64,000 nt of DNA from Candidatus Palauibacter sp. (lineage in GTDB: Bacteria > Gemmatimonadota > Gemmatimonadetes > Palauibacterales > Palauibacteraceae): the NCBI RefSeq assembly GCF_965213655.1, contig NZ_CBDBZT010000003.1, forward strand, positions 1,927,733 through 1,991,732, given 5' to 3'. The position numbers were made by a program, and so were the translations under genes. This document shows, one piece after another, positions 18,676 through 26,867 of the stretch (position 1 is its first letter; each line of letters begins with the position of its first letter). Below the pieces are notes generated by a model. The model did no database searches and was not told the DNA's origin. It saw nothing but the letters and a program-made list of their open reading frames with translations.

Positions 18676-20697
18676 TCAAGACGAAGCCGGCGCGTCGGCC
18701 GTAGTGCGCAGGGCGTCGACGCGGCGGGCGACGCCTTCTTCGTAGCCGGATTCCTCGAAGCCTTCGCGCTTGAACTGGATGAACCCCGCTTGATCCAGGT
18801 AGAACGTCGTCGGATAGCCGAGGATCTCGTAGTCGAGGGCGAGCCCCTGCTCGTCGAACAGGACGGGGAACGTGAAGCCGCCCTCCTCGATCTGCCGCGC
18901 GACCTCTTCGCGGGGAGATCCGGCCGTGGCGACGGTGAGGAACACGACATCCTCGTCGTCTTCATACGTTTTCAGGAGTTCGACGAAATGTGGGAACTCC
19001 AGGAGGCACGGACCGCACCAGGTCGCCCAGAACTTGAGCACGACGATCTTCCCCTCGAGGTCGCTCAGCCGCCACTCGATTCCGGTCTGGTCCGTGAGCA
19101 CGAACGCCGGGGCCTCGCGCTCGAGTCGATCGCCCAGTTCGCGCCGCTCCATCTCCTCCTCGACGACGGGGCGCCGTACGGCGAGCCGCTCCTCGACGGT
19201 TTCGGGAGACAGATCAGCGGCTGCGGCGGCTTCTTCCGCGAGGGGCTCAAACCGGGAACCGCCGAAGGCGATCGCCTCCACGAAGGCGTCGAGCGCTTCC
19301 ACCGGCCGGTCCGTGCGGAGGAGATGACGCCCGTACTCCCCAAGCGTGGTCTCACGTCTGGACTCGGTCGCCACCTGCTCGAACAGTTCGCCCGCCGCTT
19401 CGATCTCGCCGAGTTGCGTGAGGGCGCGGGCCTGGAGGATGCGGGCCCTGTCGATCAGGATCTGCCGCGACCGCTCGCGCTCGTCGCCGCGGACGCCGGG
19501 GTACAGGTATCCCGGGCTGTGTGCGCGCAAGTCTCCCTCGATCGCGGTCGCCGCATCGAGCACGGCCCGCGGCTCGATCCCGAAGTAGAGCAGGCCGCGG
19601 AGTGCGGAAAACACACCCTCACGCCAGCGGACCACGGCCATCGAGGCATCGAGCAGCTGCTCGGCCGCCTCCGGGTCGAGCGGCGCATGCGGTGGTTCTG
19701 CCGCGACGGTCGCCGCCCCCCACACCGTCCTGCTGCTCGGCGCATCACCGGCGATTGAAGCGAGCACACGCTGCGTCACAACCGTGTGGTGCCGGTCTAC
19801 CCACGCGCCGCGGCGCCCGAGATCCCGTGACTTCAACCCCTCGGCGGCGAGGCGCCCCATGTCGACCGTACTGTCCGCATGGCCGAGCCGGGCCATATTG
19901 AAGTCCACGGTCAGATCCCAGTACCGCAGGTCATCCGCCAACACACCCCGGTCGGGCGCCGCCTCGAGTCGTTCCAGCCAGCGGTCCGCGTCGCCTTCCC
20001 GCCGGAGGATCCCGAAGTCGTCGTATCCCGCCGCGAGCCGGTACAGGACCGGGGCCGCAACGTCCGCATCGTCTTCGGCCCGGGCCGCGATCGCGTCGAG
20101 CGCCCCCGCGATGGAATCCCTCACGACCTGTGCCCGTTCGCCCTCCTCCCTATCGGCGAGCGCGGCACGGAGCGCATCGGCGGCGTGGAGCAGGATCTGG
20201 TCATCCGGCCGCAGCGCCCGTACCTTGGCGAGGATCGCGCCGTACGCGTCGAGCTGTCCGAGGTCCTCCGCCGCGTCCTGTGCTTCGCTGTAGATGACGG
20301 GCCGGGCCGGCGCGTGGCGGAGTGCCTCCGGGAGGACCTGGAGGATTCTTTCTCCGTACCTCCGGTCGGTCTCGAAGATGCCGGCCCAGCGAAGATCGTG
20401 GATGTAGCCTTCCCAGGCAGCGGAATCGCCGGGTTCCAGTTCGAGCACGCGCCGCCAGGCCCGCACGGCGGCCGCATGCAGGCTGAAATAGCTGGCGAGC
20501 GTGGCGTACTGCCGGTGCGCCTCGGCGTCGTCGGGCGATGCGGCGCGCGCCGAGTCGTAGCGGGCCATGGCGCGCTCGAACTCGACGGCTTCCGCATCGG
20601 CGGCCGCGTCGGCCATCAGTTCGGCGTGCGAGCGGGCGTCGCCACAACCCGCGAGGACCGATAGACACACCCCCGTGAGGATCAGATGCCGCCTCAT
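18676..20697 (-). CDS. lipoprotein with an N-terminal TPR-like helical domain and a C-terminal TlpA/thioredoxin-fold thiol-disulfide oxidoreductase domain
   Basis: Start ATG 20697 (MRRHLILTGVCLSVLAGCGD lipobox). The C-terminal KIVVLKFWATWCGPCLLEFPHF carries the thioredoxin CxxC motif. It lies 28 nt upstream of the paralog-1 propeller, co-directional. Confidence 0.8.
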   Translation of the reverse strand: MRRHLILTGVCLSVLAGCGDARSHAELMADAAADAEAVEFERAMARYDSARAASPDDAEAHRQYATLASYFSLHAAAVRAWRRVLELEPGDSAAWEGYIHDLRWAGIFETDRRYGERILQVLPEALRHAPARPVIYSEAQDAAEDLGQLDAYGAILAKVRALRPDDQILLHAADALRAALADREEGERAQVVRDSIAGALDAIAARAEDDADVAAPVLYRLAAGYDDFGILRREGDADRWLERLEAAPDRGVLADDLRYWDLTVDFNMARLGHADSTVDMGRLAAEGLKSRDLGRRGAWVDRHHTVVTQRVLASIAGDAPSSRTVWGAATVAAEPPHAPLDPEAAEQLLDASMAVVRWREGVFSALRGLLYFGIEPRAVLDAATAIEGDLRAHSPGYLYPGVRGDERERSRQILIDRARILQARALTQLGEIEAAGELFEQVATESRRETTLGEYGRHLLRTDRPVEALDAFVEAIAFGGSRFEPLAEEAAAAADLSPETVEERLAVRRPVVEEEMERRELGDRLEREAPAFVLTDQTGIEWRLSDLEGKIVVLKFWATWCGPCLLEFPHFVELLKTYEDDEDVVFLTVATAGSPREEVARQIEEGGFTFPVLFDEQGLALDYEILGYPTTFYLDQAGFIQFKREGFEESGYEEGVARRVDALRTTADAPASS

Positions 20698-20767
20698 GGA
20701 ATTCGCGCCTGTGGACGTCGAGTTGCCAGACGCGAGCGATGCCGGGATGAATCGCACGAACCGGTGA

Positions 20768-21364
20768 TCACGTCTGGTCAATTCTAGGTGTCACGATCAG
20801 GATGAGCACGGGTTCCCCCGCGGAGCGGCGAGCCGATCCCAACACCACTCTCTGACCATCGCGGATCGTGACCGATGCTTCGAGCAGGGGCCCCGACAGA
20901 TCCATCAGGACGCCCCCCCACTCACGCCCCTCATACCTCCGGGAGCCGGAGGTCCCCTCGGTGAGGGTCACCTTGGCACGTACGTGCCTCTCGTACCGGC
21001 GTGTGGTAACCTCGGCGTGGATCGTCAGGGGTGTCTCCGAATCATCAGCGAAGACTCTCTGGGACCCGGTGCCGCCAAAGGCGACGTTCGAGGTCCGGGC
21101 CAGGCCGACATTCAGCATCGAGGTCGACAGGAGCCGGTATCCCTCGAAGTTGAACAGCTTCCTGAGTTCGCTCACGACGTCGCTGATCTCGGGGTCGTCA
21201 TCGGTGAAGCCGTCCGCCTCGACCAGGTGAAAGAAGAGCTGCACGTTCCGGACGGGCTCCACGGGCTCCTCCGACTCCTGCGCGCTTACGACGCCCGGAA
21301 GCGTGCCGAGGGCCAGCGCCAGGATCAAAGCGCATCGGATACTCCTTCTCGCATTCTCGATCAT
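20768..21364 (-). CDS. secreted hypothetical protein
   Basis: 198 aa with signal peptide MIENARRSIRCALILALALGTLPGVVSAQ and a GGAGGAGAG SD. Its ATG overlaps the stop of the upstream anti-sigma-like gene (TGATG arrangement on the - strand). Confidence 0.55.
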   Translation of the reverse strand: MIENARRSIRCALILALALGTLPGVVSAQESEEPVEPVRNVQLFFHLVEADGFTDDDPEISDVVSELRKLFNFEGYRLLSTSMLNVGLARTSNVAFGGTGSQRVFADDSETPLTIHAEVTTRRYERHVRAKVTLTEGTSGSRRYEGREWGGVLMDLSGPLLEASVTIRDGQRVVLGSARRSAGEPVLILIVTPRIDQT

Positions 21365-21729
21365 CAGTCACTCTCCTCCGGGCTGAGCAGCCATACGACG
21401 GCGATGTCGGGATCATTCGTGGGGAAGACCACGAACGGCCTGTCGGCCTCCACATCCATTTCGCTCACCATGCTGCGTGGAGGGGACGCAGGGGGGGGGC
21501 CGACTTCTTCGATAGCTCCGTTGGGCAACAGGATCAGGGCCGCCATGACGGCGGCCGCCGCGAGCGGGCCCACGGTCCACCGGCGCCACACGAGTCGCCG
21601 CTGCACGGGCGTGGCATGCTCGGGGGCTATGGCAGGCAGGCCTTCGCTGAGCTGGTTTGCCAGCGCCGACAGGACGGCGTGCATGTTCCGTGCGTCCCGT
21701 GCGATGCGCTCGGCGTCTCGTTCAGCCAT
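21364..21729 (-). CDS. putative anti-sigma factor (small single-pass membrane protein)
   Basis: 121 aa with one TM helix (WTVGPLAAAAVMAALILL). It overlaps the 3' end of the ECF sigma gene by 8 nt, the classic sigma/anti-sigma arrangement. No Zn-binding HxxxCxxC motif is seen. Confidence 0.5.
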   Translation of the reverse strand: MAERDAERIARDARNMHAVLSALANQLSEGLPAIAPEHATPVQRRLVWRRWTVGPLAAAAVMAALILLPNGAIEEVGPPPASPPRSMVSEMDVEADRPFVVFPTNDPDIAVVWLLSPEESD

Positions 21730-22309
21730 CGGTCCCCCTGGTGTCCGTCTCCGTGGGTCGCGCCAACATCTTTTTCCGCATCCTGCGCCGCGCGCGAAGC
21801 AGGTGTACGCGCAGCGTGTTCGGGTTCATCCCCAGCAGCCTCGCCGCTTCCGCGGGTCTCAGTCCCTGCAGATCCACCAGATCGAAGACCTCCCGCTGCC
21901 TCATGGACAGTCCGCCCAGCAGCGACCGAATCAATCGCATGGTTCTCTTCATCTCGATGTCATCGAGCGGATCCTCCAGTAGCGGCGCCTGGACCTCCGC
22001 CATCCACTCCGCCCTCTCGGCCAACCGCCGGTCCCGCCGCTTGCTTCGCCGGAGGTCCAGGCTGGCGTTCCGAGTAATCCGGTAGACCCAGCTCGTCACC
22101 CTGGCGCGACCATCGAAGCTCCCGATCGATCTCAGCGTCTTCATCAGGACGAGCTGCGCGATGTCCTCCGCATCATCCGGATCGCCGGTCATGACCAGGG
22201 CCCACCGGCACACGAGGGGACGGAGAGCACCCACCAGCCTATCGAGCGCCCCTCGCTCTCCCTTCCCGGCCTTTTCGGCCAACTCCAGGATCTCTCGGTC
22301 GGAGAGCAT
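21722..22309 (-). CDS. ECF (sigma-70 family group 4) RNA polymerase sigma factor
   Basis: Region 2 (DAEDIAQLVLMKTLRSIGSFDGRARVTSWVYRITRN) and region 4 HTH (LSMRQREVFDLVDLQGLRPAEAARLLGMNPNTLRVHLLRARRRMRK). ATG 22309. Confidence 0.85.
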   Translation of the reverse strand: MLSDREILELAEKAGKGERGALDRLVGALRPLVCRWALVMTGDPDDAEDIAQLVLMKTLRSIGSFDGRARVTSWVYRITRNASLDLRRSKRRDRRLAERAEWMAEVQAPLLEDPLDDIEMKRTMRLIRSLLGGLSMRQREVFDLVDLQGLRPAEAARLLGMNPNTLRVHLLRARRRMRKKMLARPTETDTRGTDG

Positions 22310-22444
22310 GGGGCGCTCGGTCCCTTTTCTTCTCGTGTGGTTTCGAGAGGTGAAACGCCGGCAGAGGGAGGAGCGTTTACCCGGCGTGCCGTCGCAAGAG
22401 CTGTTCCTCGCCCGCCGAGGGGTGGCGTGGCGCGCTGAGCCCGT

Positions 22445-25400
22445 CTAACGCCGTTCGGGCGGCGGCTCGGGGAGACCGCGGCTGAAGAGGACCTCGAGGT
22501 TCGGCGGCAGAGGCAGTGCGCCGGGTTCGCCCGCGGCGGCGGCCAGCGCGGAGGCCCGGTCCAGCAGGATGGCCCGCACGCGGCCGCTGGCGGGATCGCG
22601 CAGGATCGCGGAGGGGCGATCCGTCGTTCGGTCGAGGGCCGCCGATCCCGTCGGACCCGTGAGTTCGATTGCGTCGAGGAGGCCGGCCCATTCGGGACGA
22701 TAGGGGACGCCGAACACGAAGCCCGCCCGGCCTTCCCGATCCGCCACGGGCGTCATCGCGAAGCTGATCGAGAACAGGATCTCGCCGTTGCCCGTCCGCC
22801 CGACGAGCCGACTTGGACCCGCAGAGTCCGGGAGCGCCGGGGGCGCTTCGATGGCGAAGGCGGGGCGCAGATAGGGCGTGCCGTCCACCTCCGTGCCGCC
22901 CCACAGGAGGAGCGTGGGCTCCGGCGACGCCGCGCGATCCGCCGCCGCTTCGCTGGCCAGGCGGTAGCGGAGCGCACCCGAAAAATGGTACTCGCTGATC
23001 CAGTTCGGATCACAGTAGGACATCAGATCCGACACCGTCGGCGGTATCAGGACCTCCTGGCCGGAACGGGAGTCGAGGCCCCACGCACCGATGGCTCCGC
23101 CACGGTGGGGGTAAGCGGGATCCACCGCGGCTCGGACACCGCAGGGGGCATGCCAAAGCCGCATGTTGTGGCCGAGTTCGTGCGCCACCGTTCTCACCAC
23201 ATCCGGTCCGCCTCCGGCGAGTCGGACATAGCTCGTCCGGCCGGGGATCCAGGCCACGCCCCAGGCGCCCGTGGCTTCCCCGGAGAGCACTGCCATCCAA
23301 TAGCCGGTCCCACCCTCCATGTAACGGACGACACCCACCTCATCGAGGAGACTGTCCGAATCGTTGCTGGTGGTCCACACGGGCCCATGAGCCTGTACGG
23401 ACAGGTCACCGACCGGCATGAGGTTGTGAAGCTCCCCGAGCAGCTCGTGGCCCTCGGGATCCGCCGCCATCTCCGCGGCGGTCCTCACTGCCGCGGAATC
23501 CGGACCGCTCCGCCAGAGGAATGGCACCACGGTCAGATTGAAGGGCGGCATCGCCCGAACCGGCACGGCCCTCCGGCCCGACTCGGGAATCCGAGTCGAC
23601 ACACCAAGACCGGGATCCAGCGTCCCGGCCGGATCGATTTCGACCACCATCTCGAGGCCGGGCCGGATCACCTCGCCCGGAATCCACACGTTGGCGGAAC
23701 GGTCCAGCGCACGCTCCGCATCGGCGATTCGGGTCGGCATGGGTGTCGACTGTCCCGGGACGTCGACCGTGTAGATCTCACCGCCACCGACGAAGAAGGT
23801 CGCCCGGGCCGGAGGGATCGGCTCGCCGGTGCTCTCCTCTGTTGTGACGAAGATGCGCAGGAGCGCCGTCTCGCCGGCAATGAGCGACACAGGGAAGTCC
23901 CGCGACTGCACCGCCTGAGTCAGGTACGCCCCGGAACCGGCGTCCGCTACCGACTCGCATGGGGGCAGGCGCACGAGGCCCGACCACTCCGGGTCGACGG
24001 CTCCGCCTGCCACGCACAAGCCGGTCCCCCTCCCTTCGAACCGCGACAGCGCCGGGAGTTCCCTGAGACTCGGCGGCAATGGGCCGGTCAGTCCTGCATT
24101 GCCCGCCAGATCCAGCCAATCGAGGCGTGTCATCGCGCCGAGTTCGGGAGGCACCGGCCCCTGGAGATGGTTGTGACCAAGCAGCAGTGTCTCCAGACTC
24201 CGGAGGTTCCCCAACTCGGCCGGAATCGGACCCGAGAGACTGTTGAGCCTCAGGTTGAGTTCACCATCCATGGGGTAGGCTCCACGCGCGCCGAGCGCGC
24301 CAAGTTCGGGGGGGATCGGCCCGGCCAGTTCGTTGCCGTCAAGGGCCAAACCCCGAATGCTCCTGAGGGAGCCAAGCTCGGGGGGGATCTCTCCGGACAG
24401 ATGGTTGAATCCCAGGTACAGGGTCTCGACGGAGGGCAGGTCCGCGAGCTCCGGCGGTATCTGACCTTCCAGCTCGTTGTTGTCCAGCCATATGACGATC
24501 ACTTCCGACAGGTTCGCCAACTCCGGCGGGATCGGTCCAGTCAGCCGGTTATTGCTGAGCAGCAGTTCCTCGAGTGTCGACAGGTTCCCCAGTTCGGGGG
24601 GGATCGGGCCACTCAGCCGGTTTGAGTCAAGATGCAGGTTCGTCAACGCCGGAAAGGCGCCCAACTCGGGCGGTATCGGACCGGAAAGCTGGTTGTCCCT
24701 GAAGTTGAACCACTCGAGCCCCTCAAGCTCGATCAGCGCGGGAGGGATCCCGCCTGTCAGCCAGTTGTGGGGCAGTTCCAGGCTCCGGAGCGCGGCGAAC
24801 TGACTAAGCTCCGCTGGTATGGGGCCGCGCAGGTTGTTCGACGGGAGACTCAGCCACGCCACATTCCCATCAGCGTCCGTCTCAACGCCGTACCAGTCCC
24901 CCAGCGGCGCGTCGCTCAGCCAGTTGTCGCGCCTCTCCCAGCGCTCTCCTTCCGTCGCCTCGTACAACAGGCCGAGAATCTCGCGATCCGTGAGACGCGG
25001 ACATTGCTCATCCGTTCCCGACCTGACGGGTATCGCCTCCAGCCAGGCTCGGAAGTGTGGTGACGGCGGCACGCAGAGTTCCGTACCCCCGTAGCGAAAC
25101 TCCTCCAGCGCGAGCGAGGACAGAGCCTGAGGGATCGAGCCCTCCAGGGCATTCCCTCCGAGTCGAAGCACGGTCATTTGCTGCAGCAGTGTGATCACGA
25201 GCGGAATGCGTCCCGTCAGCCCATTACGCGACAGATCGAGGCTGCTGACGCGTCCGAGCGAGTCGGCGCCGATGCCGTGCCATTCTTCCAGTGCTTCGTC
25301 GCTCTGCCAGCCGGTGGACCGGACCCAGATCGCTCCGTCCATGGCTTCGAACAGGCCCGCGAGGGTGGATCGATCCGCTTCGTTACAGCGGGGCCCCACC

Positions 25401-26719
25401 GCATCTCTCTGGCGCAGCCACCGCTCGAAGCTCGTCGTCCCCGGAGCACAGAGACCGCCGGCTCCCGCCCATCTGAAGCTGTCAAGGTTCGTGAGATCGA
25501 CGAATGAGGACGGGATCGCTCCAGTCAACGCGTTCTCGTCCAAGAACAGCCGTTCAAGCATGCGGAGGCCGGAAAGGTCGGCCGGAACCGGGCCACTCAG
25601 TTTGTTGCGGAACAGGTTGAGGAAACTCAACTCGGACAGGGCCCCCAACTCCGGCGGGATCGGACCGCTGAGTTGGTTCGACTCGAAGCTTATTCTGCGC
25701 AGATTGACGAGCCTGCCCAGCGTCGGCGGGATCGGACCGGTAAGCTCGTTCCATCCGAGATCGAGGTTGCCGAGACGGGCCGCATTCCCGATTTCGGGCG
25801 GGAGCGGTCCCGAGATGCCGTTCCGGTAGAGGTTCAACTCTTCCAGGTGTGACAGGTCTCCGACTTCCGTGGGGAGAGTACCGATCAGGTTGTTCTCGGG
25901 CAGGTGCAGGCTCGTCACCCTTCCGCCCGCGTCCGTCTTCACGCCATGCCATTGCCCCAGCGGCTCGTCGCTCAGCCAGCCGTCGCGATTCCTCCAGCCG
26001 GGACCGCCGGCTGATCGATACAGCGCGTTGAGGGCGGCCCGCTCCGGGTCCGGGTCCGGGACGTTGATCGCAGAGGTCCCGGTGATCGGACCGGACTGGG
26101 CGGTGATGGTCGCCATGCCCTCGGCGAGCCCCCGCACCAGCCCACCGTCGTCGACGGTCGCGACTGTGGGGTCGCTCGAACTCCACGCGAAGACCGTGCC
26201 CGACACCGGATGGCCGTTTGCGTCCCGCGCCTCCGCCGACAGCCGCGCCGTGTCGCCAATGGCGAGTGTGGCTGCCGATGGCGTGATCCCCACCCAAGCC
26301 ACGGACGGCCGCACCGACACGCGGGCCGTCCCCGTCACGGATCGGGCCTGCGCCGTGACCTCCGCAGTACCCGCGCCGGTCGCCGTCACGAGGCCAGCCG
26401 GGTCCACCGCCACCACCGACGTGTCACCGCTCGACCAGGACACCGCGGCGCCCGTTATCACCTGGCCCGTCTGGTCGCGCACCTCCGCCCCCAATCGCAG
26501 GGTGCCTCCCAAGGCGCTCATTTCGGCCGGGGCCGGGGTCACGGTCACCGAGGTCGGTTGCGGCGAGGGGGTCGGCGGCGGCGGAGGAGGGGTCGGCGCC
26601 GTCGAAGCGTCTCCGCAGGAGAGGCCGGCAACGAGCCCGAACAACAGGATGGTCCGGTCTCGCCGCCGGATCAGGGCACCGCCACCCTGCGATGTGTCGC
26701 CCAATAGTTGTGTCGCCAT
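22445..26719 (-). CDS. giant surface lipoprotein: 2x Big_2 Ig-like domains, 3x (plant-type LRRNT-like cap + plant-specific LRRs + Cys-pair C-cap) modules, C-terminal metzincin-type Zn-metallopeptidase domain
   Basis: I place the start at ATG 26719 (…IRRRDRTILLFGLVAGLSCGD lipobox). The upstream codons of the track ORF from 26761 fall in an AT-rich non-coding-looking patch. Pro-rich linker and Big_2-like blocks (VTAQARSVTGTARVSV, ATITAQSGPITGTSAINV). Dozens of LxxLxLxxNxLSGPIPPELGNL repeats. Three caps of the form ...W..D.WLSDEPLGQWHGV.TD..GRVTSL.L..NNL.G.IP. HELGHNMRLWH (HExxHxxxxxH) plus the Met-turn-like SDLMSY. Confidence 0.85.
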   Translation of the reverse strand: MATQLLGDTSQGGGALIRRRDRTILLFGLVAGLSCGDASTAPTPPPPPPTPSPQPTSVTVTPAPAEMSALGGTLRLGAEVRDQTGQVITGAAVSWSSGDTSVVAVDPAGLVTATGAGTAEVTAQARSVTGTARVSVRPSVAWVGITPSAATLAIGDTARLSAEARDANGHPVSGTVFAWSSSDPTVATVDDGGLVRGLAEGMATITAQSGPITGTSAINVPDPDPERAALNALYRSAGGPGWRNRDGWLSDEPLGQWHGVKTDAGGRVTSLHLPENNLIGTLPTEVGDLSHLEELNLYRNGISGPLPPEIGNAARLGNLDLGWNELTGPIPPTLGRLVNLRRISFESNQLSGPIPPELGALSELSFLNLFRNKLSGPVPADLSGLRMLERLFLDENALTGAIPSSFVDLTNLDSFRWAGAGGLCAPGTTSFERWLRQRDAVGPRCNEADRSTLAGLFEAMDGAIWVRSTGWQSDEALEEWHGIGADSLGRVSSLDLSRNGLTGRIPLVITLLQQMTVLRLGGNALEGSIPQALSSLALEEFRYGGTELCVPPSPHFRAWLEAIPVRSGTDEQCPRLTDREILGLLYEATEGERWERRDNWLSDAPLGDWYGVETDADGNVAWLSLPSNNLRGPIPAELSQFAALRSLELPHNWLTGGIPPALIELEGLEWFNFRDNQLSGPIPPELGAFPALTNLHLDSNRLSGPIPPELGNLSTLEELLLSNNRLTGPIPPELANLSEVIVIWLDNNELEGQIPPELADLPSVETLYLGFNHLSGEIPPELGSLRSIRGLALDGNELAGPIPPELGALGARGAYPMDGELNLRLNSLSGPIPAELGNLRSLETLLLGHNHLQGPVPPELGAMTRLDWLDLAGNAGLTGPLPPSLRELPALSRFEGRGTGLCVAGGAVDPEWSGLVRLPPCESVADAGSGAYLTQAVQSRDFPVSLIAGETALLRIFVTTEESTGEPIPPARATFFVGGGEIYTVDVPGQSTPMPTRIADAERALDRSANVWIPGEVIRPGLEMVVEIDPAGTLDPGLGVSTRIPESGRRAVPVRAMPPFNLTVVPFLWRSGPDSAAVRTAAEMAADPEGHELLGELHNLMPVGDLSVQAHGPVWTTSNDSDSLLDEVGVVRYMEGGTGYWMAVLSGEATGAWGVAWIPGRTSYVRLAGGGPDVVRTVAHELGHNMRLWHAPCGVRAAVDPAYPHRGGAIGAWGLDSRSGQEVLIPPTVSDLMSYCDPNWISEYHFSGALRYRLASEAAADRAASPEPTLLLWGGTEVDGTPYLRPAFAIEAPPALPDSAGPSRLVGRTGNGEILFSISFAMTPVADREGRAGFVFGVPYRPEWAGLLDAIELTGPTGSAALDRTTDRPSAILRDPASGRVRAILLDRASALAAAAGEPGALPLPPNLEVLFSRGLPEPPPERR

Positions 26720-26760
26720 ATATATATGTAAGATATATAAGCAGCTATGGAATCGGGGCA
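26717..26760 (-). promoter_or_regulatory. AT-rich island (catatatatatgtaagatatataagcagctatgg) immediately upstream of the giant lipoprotein start; promoter / 5' leader candidate
   Basis: A conspicuous AT-rich run in a very GC-rich genome. Codons through it (tta tat atc tta cat ata tat) are atypical for this genome's coding regions. Confidence 0.35.
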
Positions 26761-26867
26761 AGCGACGGAGCAGGTGGCAACAGTGGGTGGCGCGCCGTCG
26801 GATGGATCGGTGGAGTCGCCGGAGGAGCGAACCAGAGACGTGGAGCTACGGCAGCACTACGTCACCG

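Noticed and set aside
18647-18965. N-terminal extensions given by the ORF track for several genes (e.g. 18965, 41339, 49930, 57713, 27793, 43253, 8189 starts)
   Set aside because: The extensions are low-complexity and lack signal peptides. Internal ATG/GTG starts with SD sequences immediately precede recognisable signal peptides or conserved family N-termini.
22310-22444. GGAAC -35-like element upstream of the ECF sigma gene as an autoregulated ECF promoter
   Set aside because: I could not find a convincing -10 (CGTC/GTC-type) at the right 16-17-nt spacing. Left as unconfirmed.
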